Notes: generated by a model not told the origin, from the sequence alone. A stretch of DNA of 64,000 bases from a virus (IMGVR_UViG_3300021560_000015:1-64000), one strand, 5' to 3'. Positions 44,857-53,396 are shown, counted from the first letter of the stretch. Numbers and translations are program-made.

Positions 44857-45032
44857 CGCTTCCTCCTCATTCGTAGCCCGTGGTAGCGACCTAGCACGCC
44901 GCCGCAAAGCAACCCGATCATCCAGACATTCGCGGTTACCACGAGTGAGTCACCGACGTAGTTGCTAGCCAGCCAGCCCAGCCCGAACATCGCTGCACCG
45001 AGCACGGCCAACTGCCACCAAAAGTGCTTCAC
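44853..45032 (-). CDS. Small two-TM membrane protein
   Basis: Two hydrophobic segments and a basic C-terminus. Confidence 0.6.
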   Translation of the reverse strand: MKHFWWQLAVLGAAMFGLGWLASNYVGDSLVVTANVWMIGLLCGGVLGRYHGLRMRRKR

Positions 45033-45301
45033 GCCGGTACGGACTCGCGGTCCCACACCGCAGCATTGCTGGCGATCATGTCGGCCTTAGCCCACCACAC
45101 CTTGGCTGCGGTGACATCGACGGTGGCCCGGCCCTGCAGGATCGCTTCTCGAATGTCCAGCACGGCTAGGTGCGCCTGGTCCGGATCGGTGTAGGGCAGC
45201 AGCATGCGGGCCAGGGTGCGCATGCTGTCCTGGTCCACGTCATTGGTACCCGCCACACAGATCAGTGCGTGGCATACGTCCTGAACGCTCGGTAGGCTCA
45301 C
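45029..45301 (-). CDS. Hypothetical protein
   Basis: GTG after AGGAAGGAG. Confidence 0.55.
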   Translation of the reverse strand: MSLPSVQDVCHALICVAGTNDVDQDSMRTLARMLLPYTDPDQAHLAVLDIREAILQGRATVDVTAAKVWWAKADMIASNAAVWDRESVPA

Positions 45302-45339
45302 GTCAGTCTCCTTCCTAGAGGTGGGTGTGGGGACACTCG

Positions 45340-45372
45340 AAACCCCGCCAGACTGCGCACCTGGCGGGGTTT
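45340..45372. terminator. Intrinsic terminator-like hairpin
   Basis: AAACCCCGCCAG/CTGGCGGGGTTT 12-bp stem. Confidence 0.65.
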
Positions 45373-45380
45373 CCTCGTTG

Positions 45381-46118
45381 CTACTCACTTGCTGGTTCCT
45401 CCTCGTGTCTGGCCTCGCGGGCTTGCTCGGCCAAGTCTTCGTCCAGCTTCTGCTTCATCGCGAGCAGCTGATTCTTCAGCTCGCCCCGCCACTGGCCGGC
45501 GGCATTGACCTGCCGGCCCAGCTCGAGCAGTGACTCCATGTCGCCCTGGTCGACCAGGAACTGGGCATCGGCCAGCCATTCGGCGTCGGTCCTCGCGGGC
45601 TGCCGCTCCGGCGCGCGCTCATAAGACTGCGCGTCCGGGTCGGTCTCACCGGTCGGGATGCACAGCACCTGCAGGATCGCGATGCGGTAGGCCACTGAGA
45701 ACGCCTTGGGGGTGCCCTTGTCGCCGAAGTCCATCGACTCACCCCAGACCTGCGCGCGGATGAAATCACCGCGCGGGCCCTTGAAGTGGTAGGTCACCTT
45801 GACGGTGGTCTCCCGACTGGGCTTGCCGGTGCTGGTCTGCACATCGCGGTACTTGGCCTTGGACTTCCAGATCTCGGTCACGATGCCGTGCTTGCGGAAC
45901 GCCGGGCCGGCTGCATTCACCGCCGCGTCGATGCCGCGGAAGCTGTAGCCCTGCTGCGGGTTGCGCTCGTCCTTGGGCACCACGCCGACATCGCGCATCA
46001 CGCGGTTCATCAGCTCTTCCACGGTGGGCGGTTCATTCCTGCCGGCCGCTTCGTCGTACGCAGCCTTCTCGGCCGCGCCGGCCATTTTGCGGGGTGCTCG
46101 CTTACGCGGTTCGGTCAT
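45381..46118 (-). CDS. ERF family single-strand annealing protein
   Basis: KDERN..QGYSFRGID...GESMD.GDK...KA.S.AYR..ILQ.L.IPT. Confidence 0.85.
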   Translation of the reverse strand: MTEPRKRAPRKMAGAAEKAAYDEAAGRNEPPTVEELMNRVMRDVGVVPKDERNPQQGYSFRGIDAAVNAAGPAFRKHGIVTEIWKSKAKYRDVQTSTGKPSRETTVKVTYHFKGPRGDFIRAQVWGESMDFGDKGTPKAFSVAYRIAILQVLCIPTGETDPDAQSYERAPERQPARTDAEWLADAQFLVDQGDMESLLELGRQVNAAGQWRGELKNQLLAMKQKLDEDLAEQAREARHEEEPASE

Positions 46119-47041
46119 GTCCCCTCCTTCTGGTCATTACTGCGGTAGACCCAGGTGGGCCCACCCTTGGCGGGTGTGGTGAACGGGATCAGGTCCGCAT
46201 CGTGCGGGGCATACTTCTCGAACGCTGCCTTCCACTTCACGCTCGCGCTCGACTTGCGCTGATATAGCAGGCCCCAGGGATCACGCACCTTGGTGGCATC
46301 GCCAGCCAGCCTGACCATCTCAGCCTGTGCAGCAGCGATCTGCTTGTCCACGGCCTTGCGCTGGTAACGCAGCTCCTTGTGGTACGCCGCGGCCTCCAGG
46401 TACTCCTCATCGGTGCGAACATCAACCAGGGGCGCTCGGTAGGGAGCCGAGCGCTCCTCTGACGCGATGATCTGCTGGAACGTGTTCATGAACCGGGTCA
46501 GCCGCGCCAGCACCGAGAAGTCATCGGCACCGCGCTTGAGGAACCAGGCCTCATCACGCATCACGCGCGAGGGCGGTACCAGGCCTTCCGGATACCAGAT
46601 CAGGAAGTCGCACCACTCGCGCTCCGGGCAGACCTCGAGCTGGATACGCATCTGGATCTCTTTGGCCGGATGCTGATTCCAATGGCTATAGCGCGCGCGC
46701 CAGGGAGCGATGTGCTCGACCAGGCCGTCCTCACCGACCGTGCCGTCCAGCGTGCAGGACAGCCAGTCGATGTCCGGATGCACCCGGAACAGCTGGTCCA
46801 TGCCGGTGTGCGTGACGGCCTGGCCGGACATCATTTCGTACTCAGCGATGCCCTGCGCCTCGTGTCGTTCGCCCCACTCGGTGGCCACGTTGCCGGTGAA
46901 CTCAGCTTCATCGCCGAACCACTGACGCACCATCTCGCGCATCAGGTCATCAGGCCCGCCGTACGGGGACTCATCCAATGCCTTGGCTGCCCGCGAGGCG
47001 GTCATCATGCCGCGCCGGCGTGGGTCGAGTTCACCGATCAT
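46115..47041 (-). CDS. YqaJ/lambda-exonuclease-type recombination nuclease
   Basis: RR..MTAS.A...ATEWG..HE...SCTLDG.VG...LVE...P...QMRIQL.V...CDF. Confidence 0.85.
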   Translation of the reverse strand: MIGELDPRRRGMMTASRAAKALDESPYGGPDDLMREMVRQWFGDEAEFTGNVATEWGERHEAQGIAEYEMMSGQAVTHTGMDQLFRVHPDIDWLSCTLDGTVGEDGLVEHIAPWRARYSHWNQHPAKEIQMRIQLEVCPEREWCDFLIWYPEGLVPPSRVMRDEAWFLKRGADDFSVLARLTRFMNTFQQIIASEERSAPYRAPLVDVRTDEEYLEAAAYHKELRYQRKAVDKQIAAAQAEMVRLAGDATKVRDPWGLLYQRKSSASVKWKAAFEKYAPHDADLIPFTTPAKGGPTWVYRSNDQKEGT

Positions 47042-47256
47042 GGCTTCACCGACAGGATCTTGACTAGCTGGTGCAGATCCTCAGCGATGGACACCAACGC
47101 CAGGTTGGCCGCCATCCGCGAGCTCTCCACTGCCTTCACACCGCCGCGGTTGATTGCCGAACTGAGCGGATCCAGCTCTTGCTCACGAGCCATTCGCTGC
47201 ACGCTCGCGGCCAGGTTCTTGGCCATGTCGAGTGCTGATAACTGTGTCTCGGTCAT
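47038..47256 (-). CDS. Hypothetical protein
   Basis: RBS GAGGAGGAG. Confidence 0.6.
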   Translation of the reverse strand: MTETQLSALDMAKNLAASVQRMAREQELDPLSSAINRGGVKAVESSRMAANLALVSIAEDLHQLVKILSVKP

Positions 47257-47302
47257 GCTCTCCTCCTCATGTGAAGCAAGGTATCGGTGACCTACGACAG
47301 AA

Positions 47303-47334
47303 CGAGAGCCCCTCGGGAGGGTGAGGGGCTCTCG
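47303..47334. terminator. Intergenic hairpin
   Basis: CGAGAGCCCCTC/GAGGGGCTCTCG 12-bp stem. Confidence 0.55.
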
Positions 47335-47352
47335 CTGTCGTGATGCTAGCTC

Positions 47353-47595
47353 TTACTCTGCATGCCTGCGGGGATGTCCGGCGGGCAGCACACAGCCGGC
47401 CTGCGGGCATTCCATCCACTCGCCGGTGAAGTTGCGCCGGTGGCCGTTGTCCCAGCGGATCTGGGTGCGGCTACCCGGCCAGGCGTAATCACGAATCACG
47501 CCTTGGTGCACGCCGTGCGCGCCCTTCAGCTCGCACGCGACCTCGGTTTCGTTCGGGAACGGCCTGACTTTGGCGGGACAGGTCATCTCATTCAC
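47353..47595 (-). CDS. Small Cys/His-rich hypothetical protein
   Basis: C...P....CEL...H.G.H...C...GCVL..GH..RH. Confidence 0.6.
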   Translation of the reverse strand: MNEMTCPAKVRPFPNETEVACELKGAHGVHQGVIRDYAWPGSRTQIRWDNGHRRNFTGEWMECPQAGCVLPAGHPRRHAE

Positions 47596-47857
47596 CCCCC
47601 TCGTTCACGATCATCCACTTATTCCGGCGAAGCCGAGCCGGGATCTTGTTGTGCTCGATCGCCAGGTCTTTCAGCATTCGGCGCAGCTCTTCCGCATCCT
47701 CGAGCGTGGCTTCGCCCGGTTTGAGCGTGAGCATGAACTCGAGCATCGCCACCATCTTCAGGTACAACTCCATCTGCTTGGCCGGCACATCGGATGCACG
47801 GATGTCATCCAGCATCTTCTGGATGCGTGCCGGGTTGATCGGGTCGTCGTTATCCAT
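47588..47857 (-). CDS. Hypothetical protein
   Basis: Start reassigned to ATG 47857 downstream of the 16-mer. Confidence 0.6.
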   Translation of the reverse strand: MDNDDPINPARIQKMLDDIRASDVPAKQMELYLKMVAMLEFMLTLKPGEATLEDAEELRRMLKDLAIEHNKIPARLRRNKWMIVNEGGE

Positions 47858-47950
47858 GTTTTTGCCCCTTCCGGACATAAAAAAAGACCCAGAACCTGGG
47901 CTACGTCTTCTCTCAATTGAGTCGACGTAGCCCAGGTTGCTGGTTTGCGA

Positions 47951-48574
47951 TTACTTGCTGGTGGTGAGCGCTGCAACGTCCCGAGGAATCTCGGGCAGCT
48001 TGCAGCTGTCAGGGATGGTGACCATGTCGTACGCGGTGGTCACTGCCATCACCCGTTGGTGGCAGCTACTGCACTTCTCGCCCTTCTCCAGAGAGTCGAG
48101 CTCGGATTGGCAGTAGCCACAGAGGATCTGATCCTCGTCGTGCACCTCAGCGACCGTGATACGACTGAACGTATCCAGGCCACCGAAGAATCTCTTGCCG
48201 GAACCATCGAGGCCACCGCGATATGTCAGGCGGTCACCCTCAATGGCGTCGATCATCGCGATCCCGTTGTGCTTGCGCAGTGGGCCGCGATACCACACGA
48301 GCTTGCCTATCTGCGCGACAGGCGACTTGCCGGTTCTCTTGGCGGGCTTGCCATTGCTGGCCGGACCCGATTCGAGAACCACCGAACTGACTCGGACTTG
48401 CAATCTCCGAGTTCCATTGGAGATCTCCAGCGGCCGTTCGACGCCGCGGATGATCCGCTTGACCTCGTAGAGGCCCTGCGCGTTGGCGGGCACCGTTTCG
48501 ATATACCGAACGGTGCTGCCCACCGGTGGCAGGTCCGGCTCAGCCGCCCCGCCCTTCTTGCTTTCCTTGCCCAC
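47951..48574 (-). CDS. Hypothetical protein with C-terminal CxxC/CxxC
   Basis: CGYC...CSSC; start uncertain (GTG 48574 or ATG 48580). Confidence 0.6.
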   Translation of the reverse strand: MGKESKKGGAAEPDLPPVGSTVRYIETVPANAQGLYEVKRIIRGVERPLEISNGTRRLQVRVSSVVLESGPASNGKPAKRTGKSPVAQIGKLVWYRGPLRKHNGIAMIDAIEGDRLTYRGGLDGSGKRFFGGLDTFSRITVAEVHDEDQILCGYCQSELDSLEKGEKCSSCHQRVMAVTTAYDMVTIPDSCKLPEIPRDVAALTTSK

Positions 48575-48636
48575 GTGCATGCCCCTTCCGGACATACGAA
48601 AACCCCCACCGGTCAGTGGGGGTCACTTGCTAGGTA

Positions 48637-48762
48637 CTACTTGCGGCCCTTGGGCTGCCGCTGGGAGTTGACCCTGACCCCGCCGCTGGAGTCCCACTCG
48701 ATGTGGGCTGCCGAGTCGCCGAAGGTCTTGAGCGCTTCCCACACTCGCTGCCAGAAGCCCAT
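48637..48762 (-). CDS. 41-aa hypothetical protein
   Basis: MGFWQRVWEALKTFG...; follows upstream stop. Confidence 0.45.
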   Translation of the reverse strand: MGFWQRVWEALKTFGDSAAHIEWDSSGGVRVNSQRQPKGRK

Positions 48763-48764
48763 GG

Positions 48765-49319
48765 CTAGGCCGCCTTCCGCTCGCCGTTCTTGCGGCCGTT
48801 GGCCTTGGCCGGCACTGCCTTGGCGGGCGCCTTCTTGGCCGCTGCCTTGGCGGGTGCCTTCTTGGCTGTCGGCCGGCGGTTAGCCGAACCAGCAGCCGCC
48901 TTGCGTGCCGCCGGAGCCGGCGCCTTGCGGGCCGGTGAACGACGGACTGGGGTCTTGCTGTTGTCTTCCTCGACAACCTCGTGCTCCTGCGGAACCCAGA
49001 CCAGCTCCCAGTCGGGACGCCGGCGCAGGCTGCCACCGGACATGTGGTACCGCTTGACGACCCACTCGCCCGGTCCGTCGACCCCGATGTAGGACCAGCG
49101 CACCGTCGCTCGGGCCCCCGAGCGCAGGCTGCCAGTGCCGTCGAAGTGACGGGCAGTGCCGCTCACCCGATCGCGGCGGACGAAGATGAGCTCCCACTCG
49201 TTCTTCCGCATGCTCTGCAGGTGCTTGCTGGTTGGGACGATGACCCACTCACCGATCCCCTGGTGGCCCGCGTCGTGTTCACGCACGGTCACCTGCGTAC
49301 CTGAGTACAACTTGCTCAT
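48765..49319 (-). CDS. Protein with duplicated small N-terminal module and histone-like Lys/Ala tail
   Basis: Two GEWV....W.L..V units; PAKKAPAKAAAKKAPAK repeats. Confidence 0.7.
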   Translation of the reverse strand: MSKLYSGTQVTVREHDAGHQGIGEWVIVPTSKHLQSMRKNEWELIFVRRDRVSGTARHFDGTGSLRSGARATVRWSYIGVDGPGEWVVKRYHMSGGSLRRRPDWELVWVPQEHEVVEEDNSKTPVRRSPARKAPAPAARKAAAGSANRRPTAKKAPAKAAAKKAPAKAVPAKANGRKNGERKAA

Positions 49320-49399
49320 TTTCTAGCCCCTTCCGGACATAGAAAAACCCCCGGCGCGATGCCAGGGGAATGACGAAAACCGCCCTTTTGCCCTCTATT

Positions 49400-49454
49400 T
49401 TGGGCATGCGGCGGCCGTCCCCTATAGTTTACACGATTTGTACGCCCATTGCAA
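49400..49454. promoter_or_regulatory. Overlapping divergent SigA-type promoters
   Basis: Plus: TTGGGC-17-TATAGT (49400-49428); minus: TTGCAA-17-TAAACT (49454-49426); located at the strand switch. Confidence 0.55.
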
Positions 49455-49899
49455 ATGTGGAGCGGGGCAAATGAGAGCAGAAAAATCTGCTCCAAAAGTG
49501 GAGCGAATCCACCCTCTGACCCTCTTCGTACGGCGTCTGGATGGCGAGTTTTACACCCGCAACGAGCTCGCGCACGCGCTTCAGGTGGCCCCGGAGTACC
49601 TGACCCAGATACGGCGCACACATCCAGAGCTGGCTCCCTCGGTGATTGTTAGCTATCTGGGCAAACCGCTGCGGTTATACGACCGGGAGGACGCCAACCG
49701 GCTGGCTGCCTATTTCCAGGACCACGAGCAGGTGGGCATGGAACGCCGGCATTCGATGGCTGCTGTTGCGCAAAGGGAGCGGCTGCGCAAGCGCATCCAG
49801 CGCTTCCGAAAAAGGGCCTCTAAGACAGACGACGTAACTGAGCGCGAGCGATTGCTGAAGCTGGCCAATCAGCTCGAGGCCCAGCGGGCGGCCCTGTGA
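49438..49899 (+). CDS. Putative DNA-binding protein (start uncertain)
   Basis: YTRNELAHALQVAPEYL HTH-like; first rightward gene. Confidence 0.55.
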   Translation: MYAHCKCGAGQMRAEKSAPKVERIHPLTLFVRRLDGEFYTRNELAHALQVAPEYLTQIRRTHPELAPSVIVSYLGKPLRLYDREDANRLAAYFQDHEQVGMERRHSMAAVAQRERLRKRIQRFRKRASKTDDVTERERLLKLANQLEAQRAAL

Positions 49900-50108
49900 G
49901 GGAGACCGAAGAGCAGCGCATCGAGCGGGTCGAGGCCGAGTATCGGATGACCCTGGCGCTGCTGGCGGTGGTCTGCGAACGGCTGCTGGCCACCCACACG
50001 CTGGCCACCGCAGTGGTGGTGGGCGATGCGGCCATCGCCAACCGGCCGGACATGGTGGCCTGGCGCGATGAGGACGCACGGGCCATCGTCATCGCGGTGT
50101 CGCGATGA
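49896..50108 (+). CDS. Hypothetical protein
   Basis: GTGA/ATGA coupling. Confidence 0.55.
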   Translation: MRETEEQRIERVEAEYRMTLALLAVVCERLLATHTLATAVVVGDAAIANRPDMVAWRDEDARAIVIAVSR

Positions 50109-50629
50109 TCGGGGACAGCGTCACACCGGGCCCGCTGGCCTACAGCGCCCCCTGGATCTCCAAACGGCGCAGCGTAGCCGGCGAGCGGGTACAGCTCAGC
50201 CATGCGGTGTGGCTGCTGGTGCACAGCCGGCACTGGTTACCGCTCTCCGCCCTGGACAGCGCCCGGTTCGCACCGCAGGAGGTGGCTGGGCCGGCACGTC
50301 CAGATGCTGCTGCACTGGACTGGCACGCCGAGGCGGCCTGTGCCGGCCGGCCGGAGGCAGACCGGGAATTCTTCGGCAAGAAGGCCACCCAGGCCTTCCC
50401 GCCGACCGAGCTGGCCCGCACCAGAGCGATCTGCTATTCGTGCCCTGTGCAGCGCGAATGTCTCACCTGGGCACTAACGTCGACTCATCGGCTTGCTGAC
50501 GGCTACGTGGTAACCGGAGAGCGGTACGGGGTGTGGGGCGGCACGACCCGCCGACAACGGCTGGCGTTCTTCGAGAGGATCGAAGCGGGTACGCCGGTGC
50601 CCACCATCGTGGCGGAAGTGATGCGATGA
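50105..50629 (+). CDS. whiB: WhiB family transcription factor
   Basis: C...FF...ICYSCPVQRECL...YGVWGGT four-Cys plus G[VI]WGG signature. Confidence 0.9.
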   Translation: MIGDSVTPGPLAYSAPWISKRRSVAGERVQLSHAVWLLVHSRHWLPLSALDSARFAPQEVAGPARPDAAALDWHAEAACAGRPEADREFFGKKATQAFPPTELARTRAICYSCPVQRECLTWALTSTHRLADGYVVTGERYGVWGGTTRRQRLAFFERIEAGTPVPTIVAEVMR

Positions 50630-51090
50630 CAGACAAGCCGACCACTCGGCGCAGCCGCCGGCTGTCAGCCGTACCCGTGGTCCTGGACCCGCCGTATGAG
50701 CTGTGGAAGAAGCGCCAAGCCGGGGTGCCATGGCGGGACGCGGCCAAGCAGACCGGCTACGCAAACATCAACATCGCCAAAGAGGCGCTGCGGGTGTTCA
50801 TGCAGCAGGCCCGGATGGAACGTGCTGAGGCCCAGCGCGCCGAGGCCCTGCAGATGTCCATCGACCGCTACGAGCGGGTCATCGAAGCGTTCTGGCAGGA
50901 CGCGATCGTCTCGCGCAAGCCGGAGGCAGCCGCGGTGATCCTGCGTGCGATGGCGCAGAGCGATCGGGTGCAGCGCCTGGATGCCGAGGAGATGGCAGTG
51001 GTGGCCCCGCGCACCATTGTGATCTCGCCCGACCCGGAGGAGTACGTGCGGCAGCTACAGGCCGTGGTCGAGGGCGGAGACGCCGGCTAG
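50626..51090 (+). CDS. HTH protein, terminase-small-subunit-like
   Basis: R.AG..W...A.QTGY...A...ERY......W..A....A..VIL.....R..RLD pattern. Confidence 0.45.
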   Translation: MTDKPTTRRSRRLSAVPVVLDPPYELWKKRQAGVPWRDAAKQTGYANINIAKEALRVFMQQARMERAEAQRAEALQMSIDRYERVIEAFWQDAIVSRKPEAAAVILRAMAQSDRVQRLDAEEMAVVAPRTIVISPDPEEYVRQLQAVVEGGDAG

Positions 51091-51461
51091 CTGGCTAGCG
51101 CGAACGCATCGTGCAGATGGCGGTGTGCCTCGCGCTCGTGTGGGCTCAGGCCGGTGTCCAGGCGCAGCGTCTCGAGCAGGTCATAGGTCCGCTCTGGCGC
51201 CTTGTACCCGCCGGTTTCGTCCGGGGTGATGTAGTTGGCCGCGATCAGGATGTCGATGAGCGGACGCTCGAGCGCTTCGGCGACCTTCTTCAGGGTGGCT
51301 ACATCGGGCTCGCAGCCCTCATCGCGCCACCGGAAGATGGTGGCGTCGGCCAGTCCAACCTTGCGGCACCAAGCGGTCGGCTTGATACCCATGTTCGCCC
51401 ACTCGGTCTCGAGCCAGGCGTACAGCGCATGAGCATTAGGGCTCGGGGGTCTACGCACCAT
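51087..51461 (-). CDS. Cro/C1-type HTH repressor (immunity-like)
   Basis: AWCRKVGLADATIFRWR...PDVATLKKVAEAL..P..DIL.AA; divergent from a Cro-like gene. Confidence 0.75.
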   Translation of the reverse strand: MVRRPPSPNAHALYAWLETEWANMGIKPTAWCRKVGLADATIFRWRDEGCEPDVATLKKVAEALERPLIDILIAANYITPDETGGYKAPERTYDLLETLRLDTGLSPHEREAHRHLHDAFALAS

Positions 51462-51470
51462 GGGAGGCAC

Positions 51471-51558
51471 CTCCGTACCTATGTTGCATGTACGGAGTAC
51501 TGCTTACTCCGGACATGGAGCATCGCACAAGGGGCGTCTCTTGTCGACGGTGCTCCAT
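51471..51558. promoter_or_regulatory. Inverted repeats between repressor and Cro-like gene (possible operators)
   Basis: CTCCGTAC/GTACGGAG (51471-51497); GGAGTA/TACTCC (51494-51510); ATGGAGCA/TGCTCCAT (51515-51558). Confidence 0.4.
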
Positions 51559-51576
51559 TTGCGTAGCTTATTCCCT

Positions 51577-51855
51577 GTGGCTGAGGGACCTCTAACAGGA
51601 ATCGGGCGTCCTTCTACGGTCGTCCTGAAAATCGACGAGTTTAGGCGGCTCTGCGCGAGCCATCACCTGCGCAACGACAGGGATATCGCCCACGCTTTAG
51701 GTATCCAGCACTCTACCGCCTGGAGGACGGGCACCGGGGCGACCGGCCCGTCTGAGAGGTTCATCGCCGGCGCGCTGCGGGCCTTCGATGGCATCTGCTT
51801 CACCGATCTGTTCGAGTGCGTCGACTATGAAAAGGGGGCGCGTCGTTCCGCATAG
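51577..51855 (+). CDS. Cro-like HTH protein (start uncertain)
   Basis: RDIAHALGIQHSTAWR...G...PSERFIA. Confidence 0.6.
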   Translation: MAEGPLTGIGRPSTVVLKIDEFRRLCASHHLRNDRDIAHALGIQHSTAWRTGTGATGPSERFIAGALRAFDGICFTDLFECVDYEKGARRSA

Positions 51856-51919
51856 TTGTCAGACCCGAGTTCTAGCGTGGTCCGTATAAGAAACGCTCTA
51901 CGACTGAAGGAGATCAGCT

Positions 51920-52378
51920 ATGAGCGGCGAGACCACGATCACCATCATCGGGAACCTGACCGACGATCCGGAGCTGCGCTTCACCCAGCAAGGTGCTGCG
52001 GTCACCAATTTCACGGTGGCCAGTACCCCGCGGTTCTTCGATAAGGCGAGCAGCGAGTGGCGCGATGGCGATGCGCTGTTCATGCGCTGCTCAGTGTGGC
52101 GCGAGCAGGCTGAACACGTTGCTGAGTACCTGCACAAAGGCAACCGCGTTATCGTGTCCGGCCAGATGCAACAGCAACGGTGGGAGGACAAAGAGGGCAA
52201 CAAGCGCTCCGGCTTCCAGCTGCTAGTGCAGGAGGTCGGGCCGAGCCTGCGTTTCGCCGGCGCCCAGGTCCTCAAAGCCGAACGGGGTGCATCAGCAGCG
52301 CGATCCCCCCGAGGGTCTGCTCCCCCCGAGGACCCCTGGGGGGGTCGCCCTGTTTCCAACGATGAGCCACCTTACTGA
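51920..52378 (+). CDS. ssb: Single-stranded DNA-binding protein
   Basis: ITIIGNLT.DPELRFT..GAAVTNFTVASTPR; acidic EPPY tail. Confidence 0.95.
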   Translation: MSGETTITIIGNLTDDPELRFTQQGAAVTNFTVASTPRFFDKASSEWRDGDALFMRCSVWREQAEHVAEYLHKGNRVIVSGQMQQQRWEDKEGNKRSGFQLLVQEVGPSLRFAGAQVLKAERGASAARSPRGSAPPEDPWGGRPVSNDEPPY

Positions 52379-52384
52379 GTCACG

Positions 52385-52759
52385 GTGTCTGTCCCGCAGC
52401 CGGAATCTCCCCGAGAGGTAACCCGGTACATCGGTACCGTCCTACGCCGGCAACGCGCGCTCATCGACGAACTACATCGGGCCGAACTTGAGGCATATGA
52501 GCGCCGGCACGAGGCGGATGTGACCCAGGCGCACGCCTACCTGAAGGCCGAGGGCACCGGCCCGGTGCGCAACGCCATCCTGCTCACCGACAAGCTGGTG
52601 CAGGGGCTGATGCTGGATGCCAAGCGGGCCGAGATCGTGGTCAACCACCTCAAGCGCCAGCTGTCCCACTGCAAGGACGAATTGGACGGCGCGCGCACCG
52701 CTGCGGCCACGTTGCGCGCCGAATTCAGTGTGATGGGGTTGACTGACGAGGGCGCATAG
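52385..52759 (+). CDS. Coiled-coil hypothetical protein
   Basis: Helical pattern, operon position. Confidence 0.6.
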   Translation: MSVPQPESPREVTRYIGTVLRRQRALIDELHRAELEAYERRHEADVTQAHAYLKAEGTGPVRNAILLTDKLVQGLMLDAKRAEIVVNHLKRQLSHCKDELDGARTAAATLRAEFSVMGLTDEGA

Positions 52760-52768
52760 GAGGAGCGA

Positions 52769-53116
52769 ATGAGTCAGCTCTCGATGTTCCCCGAAATCAA
52801 CGAGACCTCCATCGTGCCGCCACCGGGACCGACGCGGGCCCGATCAGAGACGCAACATCTGCTGATGAGCGTCGGCATGCACCCGCTGGCCAAACTGATC
52901 AAAGGCTTGCGACTGCACAAGGACGCTGCGCCGATGGACGACAAGCTGGCCCCTGGGCTGCGCTGTCGAGATTGCGCAGAGCTGTTCCACCAGACCTACA
53001 CGGTGCGCCGATACCTGAAGTGCAAGAACTATCCGAGCCGCGGTGAGGCCAGTGACATACGGGGTTGGTGGCCGGCATGCGAAGTGTTCAAGGCGAAAGA
53101 TGTCTCGGATACCTGA
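52769..53116 (+). CDS. Zn-binding hypothetical protein with N-terminal QLSMF motif
   Basis: MSQLSMF; CRDC...KC...WPAC. Confidence 0.65.
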   Translation: MSQLSMFPEINETSIVPPPGPTRARSETQHLLMSVGMHPLAKLIKGLRLHKDAAPMDDKLAPGLRCRDCAELFHQTYTVRRYLKCKNYPSRGEASDIRGWWPACEVFKAKDVSDT

Positions 53117-53396
53117 CACCGTGGTGGCCGCCGTTCTCGATCGGGCCGGCTACTACTGCGAGGTGGGCGGCCTACCGCTGAGCCGGTTCGAGCTGCATCA
53201 CCGCAAGAACCGCGGCACGGGCGGCAAGGGACCGCTGGACTTTGCGGAGAACCTGCTGGCTGTGCACCCGCGCTGTCATGCCGCGATCCACGCCCAGCCC
53301 GATCGCGCCTACGTGCTGGGCTGGCTGGTGCACACCAACGAGGACCCGCTTGAGGTACCGGTGCGGCTGATGCCAGGATTGTGCGTTGTCCAATAG
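53100..53396 (+). CDS. HNH endonuclease
   Basis: R...CEVGG...LHHRKNRG.GG....ENLL.VHPRCHAAIH. Confidence 0.8.
   Translation: MSRIPDTVVAAVLDRAGYYCEVGGLPLSRFELHHRKNRGTGGKGPLDFAENLLAVHPRCHAAIHAQPDRAYVLGWLVHTNEDPLEVPVRLMPGLCVVQ

Larger units (their letters stand above)
30826..45330 (-). repeat. Eight exact copies of CCACACCCACC, all on the minus (transcribed) strand
   Basis: Plus-strand GGTGGGTGTGG at 30826, 31745, 34555, 35902, 39606, 41697, 43466, 45320. Confidence 0.9.
47864..49341 (-). repeat. Three exact copies of TATGTCCGGAAGGGGC (47864-47879, 48581-48596, 49326-49341), each after a hairpin plus U-tract
   Basis: Read directly. Confidence 0.85.

Noticed and set aside
30826-45330. CCACACCCACC or other repeats as a CRISPR array
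   Set aside because: Copies are short, dispersed over 15 kb and irregularly spaced, with no spacers or cas genes.
47858-48595. ORF-track starts MSGRG... for 47588-47878 and 47951-48595
   Set aside because: These ATGs lie inside the repeated 16-mer that contains the RBS; the third copy is followed by a stop, so downstream starts are more plausible (leaderless use is not excluded).
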